From the IMG/VR virus record IMGVR_UViG_3300014963_000841, positions 7,481 through 39,480 of that record: 32,000 bases of DNA; one strand, written 5' to 3'. Made by a program: the position numbers and the translations under genes. Below are positions 17,091 through 25,476 of the stretch, in pieces. How positions within the stretch are numbered: position 1 is the stretch's first letter; each line of letters begins with the position of its first letter. Under the pieces are notes generated by a model, which made no database searches, had not been told where the DNA came from, and saw nothing but the letters and a program-made list of their open reading frames with translations. Source of the stretch: a virus.

Positions 17091-18241
17091 AGATACCTCG
17101 CTATTTCCTTGATAACGTTGACAGTCACACTGTTCCCTGCTTGCTTATAGAGTTGGCTGTTGCTGTTTACCTCTTGAGCTTTGTCAAAAGCCCAATCTGG
17201 GAAACCTTGTAATCTCCAACACTCTCTAGGCGTTAGCTTTCTGATTCTGAAATTAGGCATTACCACCCCTTGACTATCACCAGTTACTAGCGTGTTAGCG
17301 ATACCTTCACCAACTCGACCTCTGCGAGTTTTGGAGTTAGGGTGCGACAAATTAACACTATCCCCCACACTTGCTTCAGCGTATCCTTGCTTAGTCGCTT
17401 CACGGACACGGATTTTGGGTTCTAATCCGCCGCCTTGCATCGTTCTTATTGTTGGTGATATACCATCCGTTTCGTAAACCACTCCACTTTGATTGAAGTT
17501 GGGCTGTAATACTCCATATTTTTTAATTTCATTCGGTATAGCAACTTGCTTAGGTCCTTTGTAGTCTGTTGCTGTTAAAGTTCCCACAATACCTTTAGGG
17601 TCATGCACTATGTCTCTAGTCCCTTGAGCTGTCCCGTTAGGGTTTTTAGTGTTTCCTAAAATATTGATTCCTAACCGTTTAGCACTAGATTTTTCGTTTT
17701 CTCCTCCGATAGGAAAAACTTTTCGTCCACGTTGTCCTCTAAGATGTCCGATAATGAACACACGTTCCCGGTTTTGTGGTACTCCGAAATCTTTGCTGTT
17801 AAGCACTTGCCATTCCACATCATACCCGAGTTCATCCAACGCTGAGAGGATTGTCTCGAAGGTATTTCCTTTGTCGTGGTTAAGGAGTCCTTTGACATTT
17901 TCAAGGAACAGATACTTAGGTTTGAGTATAGAGGCGAATCTTGCGATTTCAAAGAAGAGAGTTCCTCGAGTATCTTCGAATCCTCTTCGATGTCCTGCAA
18001 TGCTGAAAGCTTGGCACGGAAATCCTCCGCATATAACGTCAACGTGTCCGATGTTTCTAATTTCTTCGTCTGTGACTGTGGTAATGTCATGTAATTCTAG
18101 TTCTCCTTCAGTGTTATGAATTGCTTTATAACTTGCTCTAGCAAATTTGTCGATTTCACAGAATGCTACGCATTCATGACCGGCGCTCTCCATTCCAAAA
18201 CGAAAACCGCCAATACCTGCGAATAAGTCAATGAATTTCAT
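17087..18241 (-). CDS. DNA (cytosine-5)-methyltransferase
   Basis: Motifs in canonical order: I FAGIGG, IV GFPCQAFS, VI ENVKGL, VIII QNRERVFIIG, IX RKLTPRECWRLQGFP, X GNSVTVNV. Confidence 0.92.
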   Translation of the reverse strand: MKFIDLFAGIGGFRFGMESAGHECVAFCEIDKFARASYKAIHNTEGELELHDITTVTDEEIRNIGHVDVICGGFPCQAFSIAGHRRGFEDTRGTLFFEIARFASILKPKYLFLENVKGLLNHDKGNTFETILSALDELGYDVEWQVLNSKDFGVPQNRERVFIIGHLRGQRGRKVFPIGGENEKSSAKRLGINILGNTKNPNGTAQGTRDIVHDPKGIVGTLTATDYKGPKQVAIPNEIKKYGVLQPNFNQSGVVYETDGISPTIRTMQGGGLEPKIRVREATKQGYAEASVGDSVNLSHPNSKTRRGRVGEGIANTLVTGDSQGVVMPNFRIRKLTPRECWRLQGFPDWAFDKAQEVNSNSQLYKQAGNSVTVNVIKEIARYL

Positions 18242-18555
18242 TTTATAACCCTCTCTTTAACAAAGTTGTCATCAATCATTACTCCTTGTCTATCTTTAAT
18301 GTCGTTATAAGCGATTGTTAGGCACTCCTCGACGTCGTAACCGAGTTGCAAGCATAAAACTACTAGCGTTACGATAGAATCGCCTATGGCATCTTTTAGC
18401 GACCACTCTGGGTCAGCGAAATCGTGAGGTTTTAGAAACACATCTCGAATCTCTCCGACTTCCTCAGTCACACGCATCCACTGTATTTTAGGGTCAGCCT
18501 GCTTTAAGTTGCGTTCGTCTGCCCAATGGTTGATTTTATTGATTAGATTATTCAT
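18238..18555 (-). CDS. MazG-like nucleotide pyrophosphohydrolase
   Basis: Start MNNLINKINHWADERNL is preceded by GGAGGTGG. The EEVGE and DAIGD acidic motifs are typical of all-alpha NTP pyrophosphatases. Confidence 0.6.
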   Translation of the reverse strand: MNNLINKINHWADERNLKQADPKIQWMRVTEEVGEIRDVFLKPHDFADPEWSLKDAIGDSIVTLVVLCLQLGYDVEECLTIAYNDIKDRQGVMIDDNFVKERVIK

Positions 18556-18805
18556 CGTCCACCTCCGCACTCTCGATTTCAAACTCGACATCTTCGAGTA
18601 ATAAGTTGTTTTGAAAATCTACGAAACATTCGATTGCGTCTGCATCTTCGGGACTGTATATAGACACTTTTTCTAGAAAGTCTTCAATATCCGTGGTGCG
18701 AACGCCATACTCTGTACGCTCGTGAGTTATTTCTGCTTCCAAAACGTCGTAACATGCAGTGTAGCTAATTTCGTTAGTAGTGTATTTATAATTTTTAATC
18801 TTCAT
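18548..18805 (-). CDS. Highly acidic small protein (about 28% D+E, net charge about -17)
   Basis: The ATG at 18805 is preceded by AGAGGTGGAG. The sequence is MKIKNYKYTTNEISY...EFEIESAEVDDE. Confidence 0.5.
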   Translation of the reverse strand: MKIKNYKYTTNEISYTACYDVLEAEITHERTEYGVRTTDIEDFLEKVSIYSPEDADAIECFVDFQNNLLLEDVEFEIESAEVDDE

Positions 18806-19314
18806 CACTCCACCTCTTTCACTTCCACACCTTCGCAATCAAACACCCAGCCAAAGCCGTTCGCTTCTAGCTCTGTTCTCGTAAAACTTCCACCCTCACT
18901 ATATTGAGTCCTTGTAAACTGTGGCGTTAATTCCTCGTTGTTTAAGTAATATTTGCCTAGATATTGCCCTAAACGACCTTTAATTTTAACCGTATATTTA
19001 GCCTCTTTCTCGACTGTGTAGCCAAACTGGTGCATGTTGACGATAGTAGTGATAGCTTCGTTCTTGCCAGTATGGTACATCCAGTATTTGAACTCGTCCC
19101 ATTTCGTATCAGCCCAGCTTGTAAGATATGCCCAAATATCATCATTTAAGTCATTCTTATGTTCCTCATACCAATCCGCCACACATTGCGACACCACTGG
19201 TTTAGGGAAGAACGAATCGTAAAGGTCTTCTGCGTAAGATACGGATCCACCAGATATCCTTGATATTGTCCGTACCGCTTCTTCTCGGCTTATTGCTTCA
19301 TTTCTATCCATCAC
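18805..19314 (-). CDS. Hypothetical phage protein (DUF1642-like)
   Basis: 169-aa ORF with Trp-rich segments (ADWYEEHKNDL, WADTKWDEFKYWMYH), as seen in streptococcal and lactococcal phage early proteins. Confidence 0.5.
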   Translation of the reverse strand: MMDRNEAISREEAVRTISRISGGSVSYAEDLYDSFFPKPVVSQCVADWYEEHKNDLNDDIWAYLTSWADTKWDEFKYWMYHTGKNEAITTIVNMHQFGYTVEKEAKYTVKIKGRLGQYLGKYYLNNEELTPQFTRTQYSEGGSFTRTELEANGFGWVFDCEGVEVKEVE

Positions 19315-19459
19315 ATTCCACCATTTCTACCTTATATTTCTTAGCATTGCGATATTTCAATTTCAATCTGTGTAATTCATTAATCGCATCGTTCTTGTTG
19401 TTGAAGACATGCTCACTGTCTTCCATGCCGTCGTAATAGACGATAACCTTGTATTTCAT
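19307..19459 (-). CDS. Small hypothetical protein (50 aa)
   Basis: My translation is MKYKVIVYYDGMEDSEHVFNNKNDAINELHRLKLKYRNAKKYKVEMVECDG. It is below the track length cut-off and overlaps the next start. Confidence 0.4.
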
Positions 19460-19460
19460 A

Positions 19461-19736
19461 TCAACCCTCGCTTCTATCTGCGTAGATTACTGTTGCAGTA
19501 GCTACCATGAAGCCGTATGTCTTATTTTGTTCATAAGTAACTCTAACATCTAGTAATTCAACACCGTTTTCTTCACCCCACTTGTTTATTGTTTCATCCA
19601 AACCTTTATCTGTGTCACTGTCACTAAATTTCTTCACTTTCCGTTTCATATTTCTAACCCCCATAGTTATCGGTTCCGGCCCGTCTCTGAAAACCTTTGC
19701 CGGATTCTTTGCTATAAATCGCCTTAACCATTGCAT
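19461..19736 (-). CDS. Small hypothetical protein; start uncertain (19736 or 19649)
   Basis: The internal ATG at 19649 (MKRKVKKFSD...) is preceded by GGGGG plus 8 nt. Confidence 0.45.
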   Translation of the reverse strand: MQWLRRFIAKNPAKVFRDGPEPITMGVRNMKRKVKKFSDSDTDKGLDETINKWGEENGVELLDVRVTYEQNKTYGFMVATATVIYADRSEG

Positions 19737-19963
19737 AGCTCGACCATCTTTCTTAGCAAGTCTTCATCCGGCAGTTGTTCCAGTGTTAGAATCCGATTGA
19801 GCTTTTTAACGTCGATGCCTAGCTTAATGCTGATTAGCTCCATATCCTTGCGATTAGACCAAAACCACCTTGAAAATTCTTGCGTCTGATCTAATACGCT
19901 TGTATGCCCGTAGTTGCCCGGTGCATACACACCAACCAACTTGTCCTTGTATTTGCTATTCAT
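19724..19963 (-). CDS. Small hypothetical early protein
   Basis: 79-aa ORF with a 4-nt overlap to rusA. Confidence 0.5.
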   Translation of the reverse strand: MNSKYKDKLVGVYAPGNYGHTSVLDQTQEFSRWFWSNRKDMELISIKLGIDVKKLNRILTLEQLPDEDLLRKMVELCNG

Positions 19964-20421
19964 TCAAGCTCCTTGATTTCAAATTCAATGCGTGGGTTAG
20001 GACTGTACTTCTTACGAGCTCTTAACTCGCAAACAATACTGTCATCCGTCCAAACAATCCCTTTCTTATCGACCTTGTTATAACCAGCTTTTGAAATGCT
20101 GTCAAAGAGCGATTTGACCAGATTATCAACGTCTGGAGTTTTCGCATGCCAAAGTGTTTCAGACATGAACCGCTTGAACGCATCCCACGTTTTAGCCCTT
20201 GCTTTTGGCGTTGGTTTCTTCGATACATTCAGCGGGGCTTTCATGTAAAATACGACATCAACCATAATCGGGCCGTCAAAGAATTGTCCGTCATATTCTT
20301 GCTCGATAAGTTGCGAGCACTGACGACGCCATGCTTTCATTTTCGGGTCTTCATAAGTTCCGAATTTGCTAAATCGTGGCCTTGTTTGCGGTTTGGGCTC
20401 AATGTTTAAAATCATTTTCAT
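19960..20421 (-). CDS. rusA: RusA-family Holliday junction resolvase
   Basis: KPQTRPRF...VWTDDSIVCELRARKKY matches the RusA pattern. The ORF lies next to ssb. Confidence 0.7.
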   Translation of the reverse strand: MKMILNIEPKPQTRPRFSKFGTYEDPKMKAWRRQCSQLIEQEYDGQFFDGPIMVDVVFYMKAPLNVSKKPTPKARAKTWDAFKRFMSETLWHAKTPDVDNLVKSLFDSISKAGYNKVDKKGIVWTDDSIVCELRARKKYSPNPRIEFEIKELE

Positions 20422-20432
20422 AGTGCACCCAA

Positions 20433-20939
20433 TTAGAATGGCAAATCATCATCGCTGATATCCATAGGGTTTGCGTTCCCGTATGGGCCGTTATCTCTTG
20501 CAAAGTTTGGCCCTTGTTGTTGCGGTGCTTGTTGACCGTAAGGCCCAGCATAGCCACCGTTATCATTGCCGAACGCTCCCGACGTATTGCCTTGATTAGC
20601 ATTACCACCTTCACGCGCTGCACGGCTCTCTAGCATTTGGAAGTTCTCAGCTACCACCTCAGTAACATACACCCGTTGACCTTGCTGATTCTCATAGCTA
20701 CGGGTCTGGATGCGTCCAGTAATTCCAATCAATGCGCCTTTTTTAGCCCAGTTAGCTAAATTCTCGGCTTGCTGACGCCAGATAACGCAATTGATAAAGT
20801 CTGTTTCACGTTCACCGTTAGCATCTTTGAAGTTGCGGTTAACTGCAAGACTGAATGTAGCTACTGCGATGTTACTGGTTGTATATTTTAGTTCGGGGTC
20901 ACGGGTAAGGCGCCCAACTAGCACAGTCGAATTAATCAT
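20433..20939 (-). CDS. ssb: Single-stranded DNA-binding protein
   Basis: OB-fold N-terminus [20 protein letters not shown], a Gly/Gln/Asn-rich linker and an acidic tail DDDLPF. Confidence 0.92.
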   Translation of the reverse strand: MINSTVLVGRLTRDPELKYTTSNIAVATFSLAVNRNFKDANGERETDFINCVIWRQQAENLANWAKKGALIGITGRIQTRSYENQQGQRVYVTEVVAENFQMLESRAAREGGNANQGNTSGAFGNDNGGYAGPYGQQAPQQQGPNFARDNGPYGNANPMDISDDDLPF

Positions 20940-21913
20940 TGATTTTCTCCTAGAATTTCATAATTTACAAAGTCGTCATCCAACAGCTTAGCGAATTGAT
21001 GCCATTGGTTTTCTCCACCGTGGAACGTAAGAACAAGATTGATCTTGTAAGGTTCAGCGGGTTTGCTAGGCACTTCCTCGACTGGTTTAGTGTCTTCGAT
21101 AACCTCACCAGTTTCAGCATTGACTGCCTTGATTTCCTCGTTCGCTGACTGTTGAGCCATTGCTTCAATTTCTGCTAGACGTGCCGCTTCTGCTTTCGCT
21201 TTGGCTTCCGCTTTCTGCTTACGCTCTACGGCTGCATCGCGGTCCTTCTTCATTTGTTTCAAGATTTCCACTAGAGGTGTATCATTCTGCAACGCTCTAG
21301 TGTATGGTTCAGCCGGTAGCTCATAATCAAGGGCTTGTTCCTCAATCATGGCAGCGTTAGCCTTGTATTCTTCAAGTCGGTCATACTCAGCCAAAACCAT
21401 AGCGTCGATTTCTTCGACAGTCTCTTTTTTGAGTTCCATTTTCTTGTCTTTGAAATACTTCTTCAAAGAATAGCCGTCGTACTTATCCTTGAATGTGTCT
21501 TTATCCAATCCGGCAAGTTTACACTTTTCCTCAAAGACTGATCTAACGTGGTCAACTCGAAGCAATCTTTGGTGTTCGTCAATCTCGTCTCGTTTTGCAC
21601 GTAGCTTGTTGATAAGTCCTTCAAGTGGTCCTTTAGACTCTTTGAAATTAGCTTCAAACTCATTAAGTGGGTTCTTATACACTTTTGAGATGTCTTTTCG
21701 CTTGTTGTCCAGCTTTGTCAAAAGACTATTAAAGCGTGTGAACTCTTTCTTAATATCGTCATATTCAAGTTGGTCCAGTTGCTCGTCAGATAGCTCGCTA
21801 ACTGCCGCTTGAATAGCTGCATCGAACTTGTCAAAATCAAAGTTAATCGTTCCCGGTGTATATACCGGTTCAATCGTTTCAAGATAATTGTTTGTTACGT
21901 CCTTCGTGTTCAT
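20936..21913 (-). CDS. DUF1351-like recombination-module protein
   Basis: 325-aa coiled-coil-rich ORF between recT and ssb, which is the usual position for this family. Confidence 0.55.
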   Translation of the reverse strand: MNTKDVTNNYLETIEPVYTPGTINFDFDKFDAAIQAAVSELSDEQLDQLEYDDIKKEFTRFNSLLTKLDNKRKDISKVYKNPLNEFEANFKESKGPLEGLINKLRAKRDEIDEHQRLLRVDHVRSVFEEKCKLAGLDKDTFKDKYDGYSLKKYFKDKKMELKKETVEEIDAMVLAEYDRLEEYKANAAMIEEQALDYELPAEPYTRALQNDTPLVEILKQMKKDRDAAVERKQKAEAKAKAEAARLAEIEAMAQQSANEEIKAVNAETGEVIEDTKPVEEVPSKPAEPYKINLVLTFHGGENQWHQFAKLLDDDFVNYEILGENQ

Positions 21914-21916
21914 GTT

Positions 21917-22771
21917 TTATCCCTTTCGGTTGTTAATTTGCGTTTGAATGTCGTTAGATACCACGTTAAAACCTGCTACTAGCAACTCATGGAAGTCATT
22001 GAGCTTGTACTTCTTCATGTAGTAATTGCCCACTGTTTCGGTTGCTTGTCCAGTGATTAGAGCTAACTCATTGATTTGTTGCATGATGGTGTCATGCTGT
22101 TCATCACTAATGAAGTTAGGTTGAGGTTGCTCTTGTCTCTGCTGCTCAATCTGTGCCATTTTACGAGCTTTAACATCCTCTTGCGTCTCTCGTGGGGTAA
22201 CGTCAATAGGTGCCGCTTGTTCCATTTCATCCGCAGTGTATAGACCGCCCACGTTCTCCGAGAACGCATCTCGGACGGCTGCAACGATTGCCACCTTTTC
22301 AATCATTTGCCCCGATGCTTTCTGCCACCAGTTCTTGTGCGTGTTATAAGCTGACAACTCAACTTCACGATAGACTGGACGGCTTCGGTCCTTGCGGTAC
22401 ACCTCACACCAACCACCGATTAGCGTAGCTTTGCGGGGTAAGATAACGCCCTTCTTAGTTTTAAGCTCGCCTTTTTCATCCTCGTAGATCACACCACTTT
22501 CAAAACCGTCGTAATTTTGGTTTTGCTCAGCTCGTTTCATGAAAGCATCTTTAGATACCACGATTTGAGCCGGGTTGTTCCCGTACTTGATGAAATAGAC
22601 CTCTTTAGTGAAAGGGTTAAGGTTGCGATTTTTAACGATTGCCAGCAATGTTTGAAGCTCTTGTGGGCTTGCTTGGTGTTTTGGGTCAACAAAGTTTCTC
22701 AATGTTTCGCCGTCAAGTTGCTGCAGGTCGGTTAAATACGCCCCTTTTGTTGTTTGTAATTGATTTTCCAT
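21917..22771 (-). CDS. recT: RecT-family single-strand annealing protein
   Basis: NLNPFTKEVYFIKYGNNPAQIVVSKDAFMKRAE and KNWWQKASGQMIEKVAIV match the RecT core. Confidence 0.8.
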   Translation of the reverse strand: MENQLQTTKGAYLTDLQQLDGETLRNFVDPKHQASPQELQTLLAIVKNRNLNPFTKEVYFIKYGNNPAQIVVSKDAFMKRAEQNQNYDGFESGVIYEDEKGELKTKKGVILPRKATLIGGWCEVYRKDRSRPVYREVELSAYNTHKNWWQKASGQMIEKVAIVAAVRDAFSENVGGLYTADEMEQAAPIDVTPRETQEDVKARKMAQIEQQRQEQPQPNFISDEQHDTIMQQINELALITGQATETVGNYYMKKYKLNDFHELLVAGFNVVSNDIQTQINNRKG

Positions 22772-22826
22772 GTCATATCCTTTTTATATGCCCCTAATTC
22801 TCAAATTTTGGGTTCTCTTATCGTTT

Positions 22827-23117
22827 TTAGGTGGTAGTTTCTGATTTTTGGTATTCTTCGTAAAAATCAAAACCCTGCTCTCTAAGTCTGCTGAGTTTTC
22901 GTGCCATAATTTTATTCAAAAGATCAACAACATCCTTTTTATCTTCAGCATCCAGTCTGACCGATGACGAGATGTCTATCCCGTTAATGCTTTCGTAAAC
23001 TTTGACCTCGATATAGTTCTTCCCTTCGGCTGAACTTAGCACTCTTACAATGTCACTTAAGACCCTTGACTCGTCCCAGACTTCTTCAAATTCTTTGAAT
23101 GTTATCGTTGCTCTCAC
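22827..23117 (-). CDS. Hypothetical early protein (GTG start)
   Basis: 96-aa ORF. There is an in-frame TGA upstream of the GTG. Confidence 0.45.
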   Translation of the reverse strand: MRATITFKEFEEVWDESRVLSDIVRVLSSAEGKNYIEVKVYESINGIDISSSVRLDAEDKKDVVDLLNKIMARKLSRLREQGFDFYEEYQKSETTT

Positions 23118-23183
23118 CTCTAAACTTCATTTTTTGATTATCTGCCATAATTAATGCCTACCCTCCCACCACTTCAAGTTCTG

Positions 23184-23519
23184 TTAGTCCGTCAATAAGT
23201 CTAGGAGCGATTTGAGACCATCCTTCATGGATTCTTCACGCTCCGTGCGTTCGAAGTCCGAGCCGTCAAGTTTAGTTACGTTGTATTCAACCTCTACGAT
23301 AAGCGCTTCGCACCCAAACGCTTCGGCTAGTTTGTCAAGCTCGGTTTTTTGTTCTTCGTATGGTTCAACCGGCATAGATAGAGCGTTGTTTAAATCTTCA
23401 CTGAAGCTCGCTTCGAATGCTAGACTGCCTCTGTCTTTGTATTTCCTAAGAAACGCATCTTTTTTAGCACTGTAAAATACGACTAGTTTATTGTTTTTTT
23501 CATGATTATTCTCCTTCAC
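23184..23519 (-). CDS. Hypothetical early protein; annotated GTG start lacks an SD and the SD-ATG at 23503 is out of frame by one A
   Basis: GAAGGAGAATAATC-ATG-A7 at 23503. With A8 the ATG would read MKKNNKLVVFYSAKK in frame. Confidence 0.5.
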   Translation of the reverse strand: MKENNHEKNNKLVVFYSAKKDAFLRKYKDRGSLAFEASFSEDLNNALSMPVEPYEEQKTELDKLAEAFGCEALIVEVEYNVTKLDGSDFERTEREESMKDGLKSLLDLLTD

Positions 23520-25251
23520 CTTCGTTATATTTTTTAAAGCTCAATGTAAAACCTGCGATACCAACAGCGATAACTGCTAGACCAAGAGTTGACATGATAC
23601 CCTCTTTTTCACCAGTATGTGGTAGAGTACCACCGTAAACGGCTGTTTTAGGTGTCTCTTTGCTCACTGGTGCGAGGTTATAAGATACTGTGGTAGATTG
23701 CTCTGCGCTCGTTTTAGAGGCTTTTTCTGGCGTGCTAGGTTTTTCTGGTGTTGGCTTAGTTGGTTCCTCTGGAATTTCAAGCTCTGGCAAGTCCAAGATA
23801 GGGGCATCGTTTGGCACCACTCCACCTTCAAATGGTGGGAGCTCACGTTCTTCTGGAATACCCGGAATGCCACCTTGAAACTCTGGCTTGTAATGCACTG
23901 GAGCTTCATTTGGCACTGTCCCGCCATTCCATTCTGGTTTATCCAAAACTGGCGCATCGTTTGGTACAGTTCCGATAGGCACAGTATACTCCGGTAATTC
24001 TCGCACCTCTGGAATACCGGGGATGCCGCCCTCAAATTCTGGGATGTCAACTTTTGGTGCGTCGTGCGGAATTTCAAAGGTTGGTTCTGGCTTGTTTTCA
24101 CCGCTGGCATCACCACGTCCGCCTACTAATTGCACCTTAGATGTTGAGATAGCCCCAGCATCTACCGCTACCAATGTAGCCTTGTTCGTTGGGTTAGTTG
24201 AGTCTTTAACCGCTGACTTCAAGCGAGTTTGATAGTCGATATACATGATGCGGTTGAATTCCTTGAATTTTGCATCGAACCCGTCTGCTCGGACATTCCA
24301 GCTTTCAAGATAATCCTTGGCTGAGTGGTCAATACCAGTCCACTTGATAGGGTCTTCAACGAAATAGATGTTTTGTGAGCCTTCGATAAACTCTTGGTTG
24401 TCTGACCAAGTATCAGAAAGAACAGCGTTATTCAAGACTTGGCGGGCTGTGTTAAGGCGTAGCGTCCAGTTAATAACCTGTGGGTCTTGCTTATTTTGGC
24501 TGCCCCATTTAGACAAGAGCTCGTTGCTTGGAAGTGGCCCTTCCTCTGCAATCGTGTAAGTCTTAACTGTACCGTCAAAATTGACTGTAACTGGTTTGCC
24601 CGGTGTCACTACGTCTGTCCATTTGGCATCAAACTTGAGTGACATCTTCTTATTGAGCGGGTGACTAGCGAAATAATCGTTAAAAGTAGTAGTGATCTTA
24701 CGAGCTTGAGCATCCGCATTGGCTTTACCAACGACATTCTCGTTGTTGTAAACGTCAAAGTCGAATGATGTTTGAAGCCCGATTTCTTTTGGTAGCTCTG
24801 TTACTACCTTGTCTCCCTCAGCGATAGGCATATCGTCTGGGAAGTTGATGTCTTTATACTCAACTTCGAATGGTGAGTATTTACCATTGCCGTTAGGGAA
24901 AGTAACCTCAACGTTTGGATTTTCAACGTTGATAGTAGTATCTGTTTTAGTAACTGTAGTTGCTGCTGGTGCTTCTGCAATCGGTTGAGATTCCACGGGT
25001 GCTGGTGGAGTAAATACTGGCGTTTCCGCTACGGGTGCCGCTGTTTCAGATGGTGTCACCGTAATATTCCCAGCATTGTCAGCTGTGTAGACATTAGCAA
25101 CCGCTGGTGTTTCAGCTACTAGTGCCGCTGCTTCGTCTGCTGACACTGACCCAGCTCCAATCAATAGAGCTGTAGCAAGAGCAAGTGTTCCGCACAAGCC
25201 ATAGGCTTTGCTCTTAGTGAAAGAAGGTTTTGCAATTTGTTGTGAAGTCAT
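23506..25251 (-). CDS. LPXTG cell-wall-anchored surface protein (MSCRAMM-like adhesin with Pro-rich repeats)
   Basis: Signal peptide (LALATALLIGAGSVSADE), ITTTFNDYF (similar to the TYTFTDYV motif), repeated PEF(E/Q)GGIPGIPE and VPNDAP(V/I)LD units, LPHTGE, a hydrophobic helix and a KKY tail. Confidence 0.88.
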   Translation of the reverse strand: MTSQQIAKPSFTKSKAYGLCGTLALATALLIGAGSVSADEAAALVAETPAVANVYTADNAGNITVTPSETAAPVAETPVFTPPAPVESQPIAEAPAATTVTKTDTTINVENPNVEVTFPNGNGKYSPFEVEYKDINFPDDMPIAEGDKVVTELPKEIGLQTSFDFDVYNNENVVGKANADAQARKITTTFNDYFASHPLNKKMSLKFDAKWTDVVTPGKPVTVNFDGTVKTYTIAEEGPLPSNELLSKWGSQNKQDPQVINWTLRLNTARQVLNNAVLSDTWSDNQEFIEGSQNIYFVEDPIKWTGIDHSAKDYLESWNVRADGFDAKFKEFNRIMYIDYQTRLKSAVKDSTNPTNKATLVAVDAGAISTSKVQLVGGRGDASGENKPEPTFEIPHDAPKVDIPEFEGGIPGIPEVRELPEYTVPIGTVPNDAPVLDKPEWNGGTVPNEAPVHYKPEFQGGIPGIPEERELPPFEGGVVPNDAPILDLPELEIPEEPTKPTPEKPSTPEKASKTSAEQSTTVSYNLAPVSKETPKTAVYGGTLPHTGEKEGIMSTLGLAVIAVGIAGFTLSFKKYNEGEGE

Positions 25252-25307
25252 GGTATAATCTCCTTAGTGTATTTTTTCTTGCATGGGCCCTAACCCATGC
25301 TTTTTTT
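25251..25307 (+). ncRNA. Candidate short antisense transcription unit B (extended -10 plus strong terminator)
   Basis: TTGCAA (25230-35), 18 nt, then TGGTATAAT (25251-59). The hairpin GCATGGG-ccctaa-CCCATGC (25281-25300) is followed by T7. Confidence 0.4.
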
Positions 25308-25476
25308 AGTGCTCTCAACGTGCACCCATCGCCCCACCGTGTCGTGTTCCAATGTTTTATTAGACTTTTTGGGGAAGATTAGGAAAAAAGTAATTTAGTA
25401 AAGTTTTTTGGGGAAAAATTATGGGTATAAGTTACACTCCACGATGAGGCCGTGGCTGCACGCTGAAAGATTGACG

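Noticed and set aside
17649-18119. 156-aa plus-strand ORF antisense to the methyltransferase, and similar long antisense ORFs at 4225..4653, 6436..6906, 8425..8835 and 12290..12694
   Set aside because: They are shadow ORFs opposite well-supported genes. None has an SD-start arrangement, and their compositions are atypical (Ser/Leu/Pro-rich).
23664-24116. 150-aa alternative-frame ORF inside the adhesin gene
   Set aside because: Its Gln/Lys-rich composition is what the Pro/Glu-rich repeat codons give in another frame. It has no RBS.
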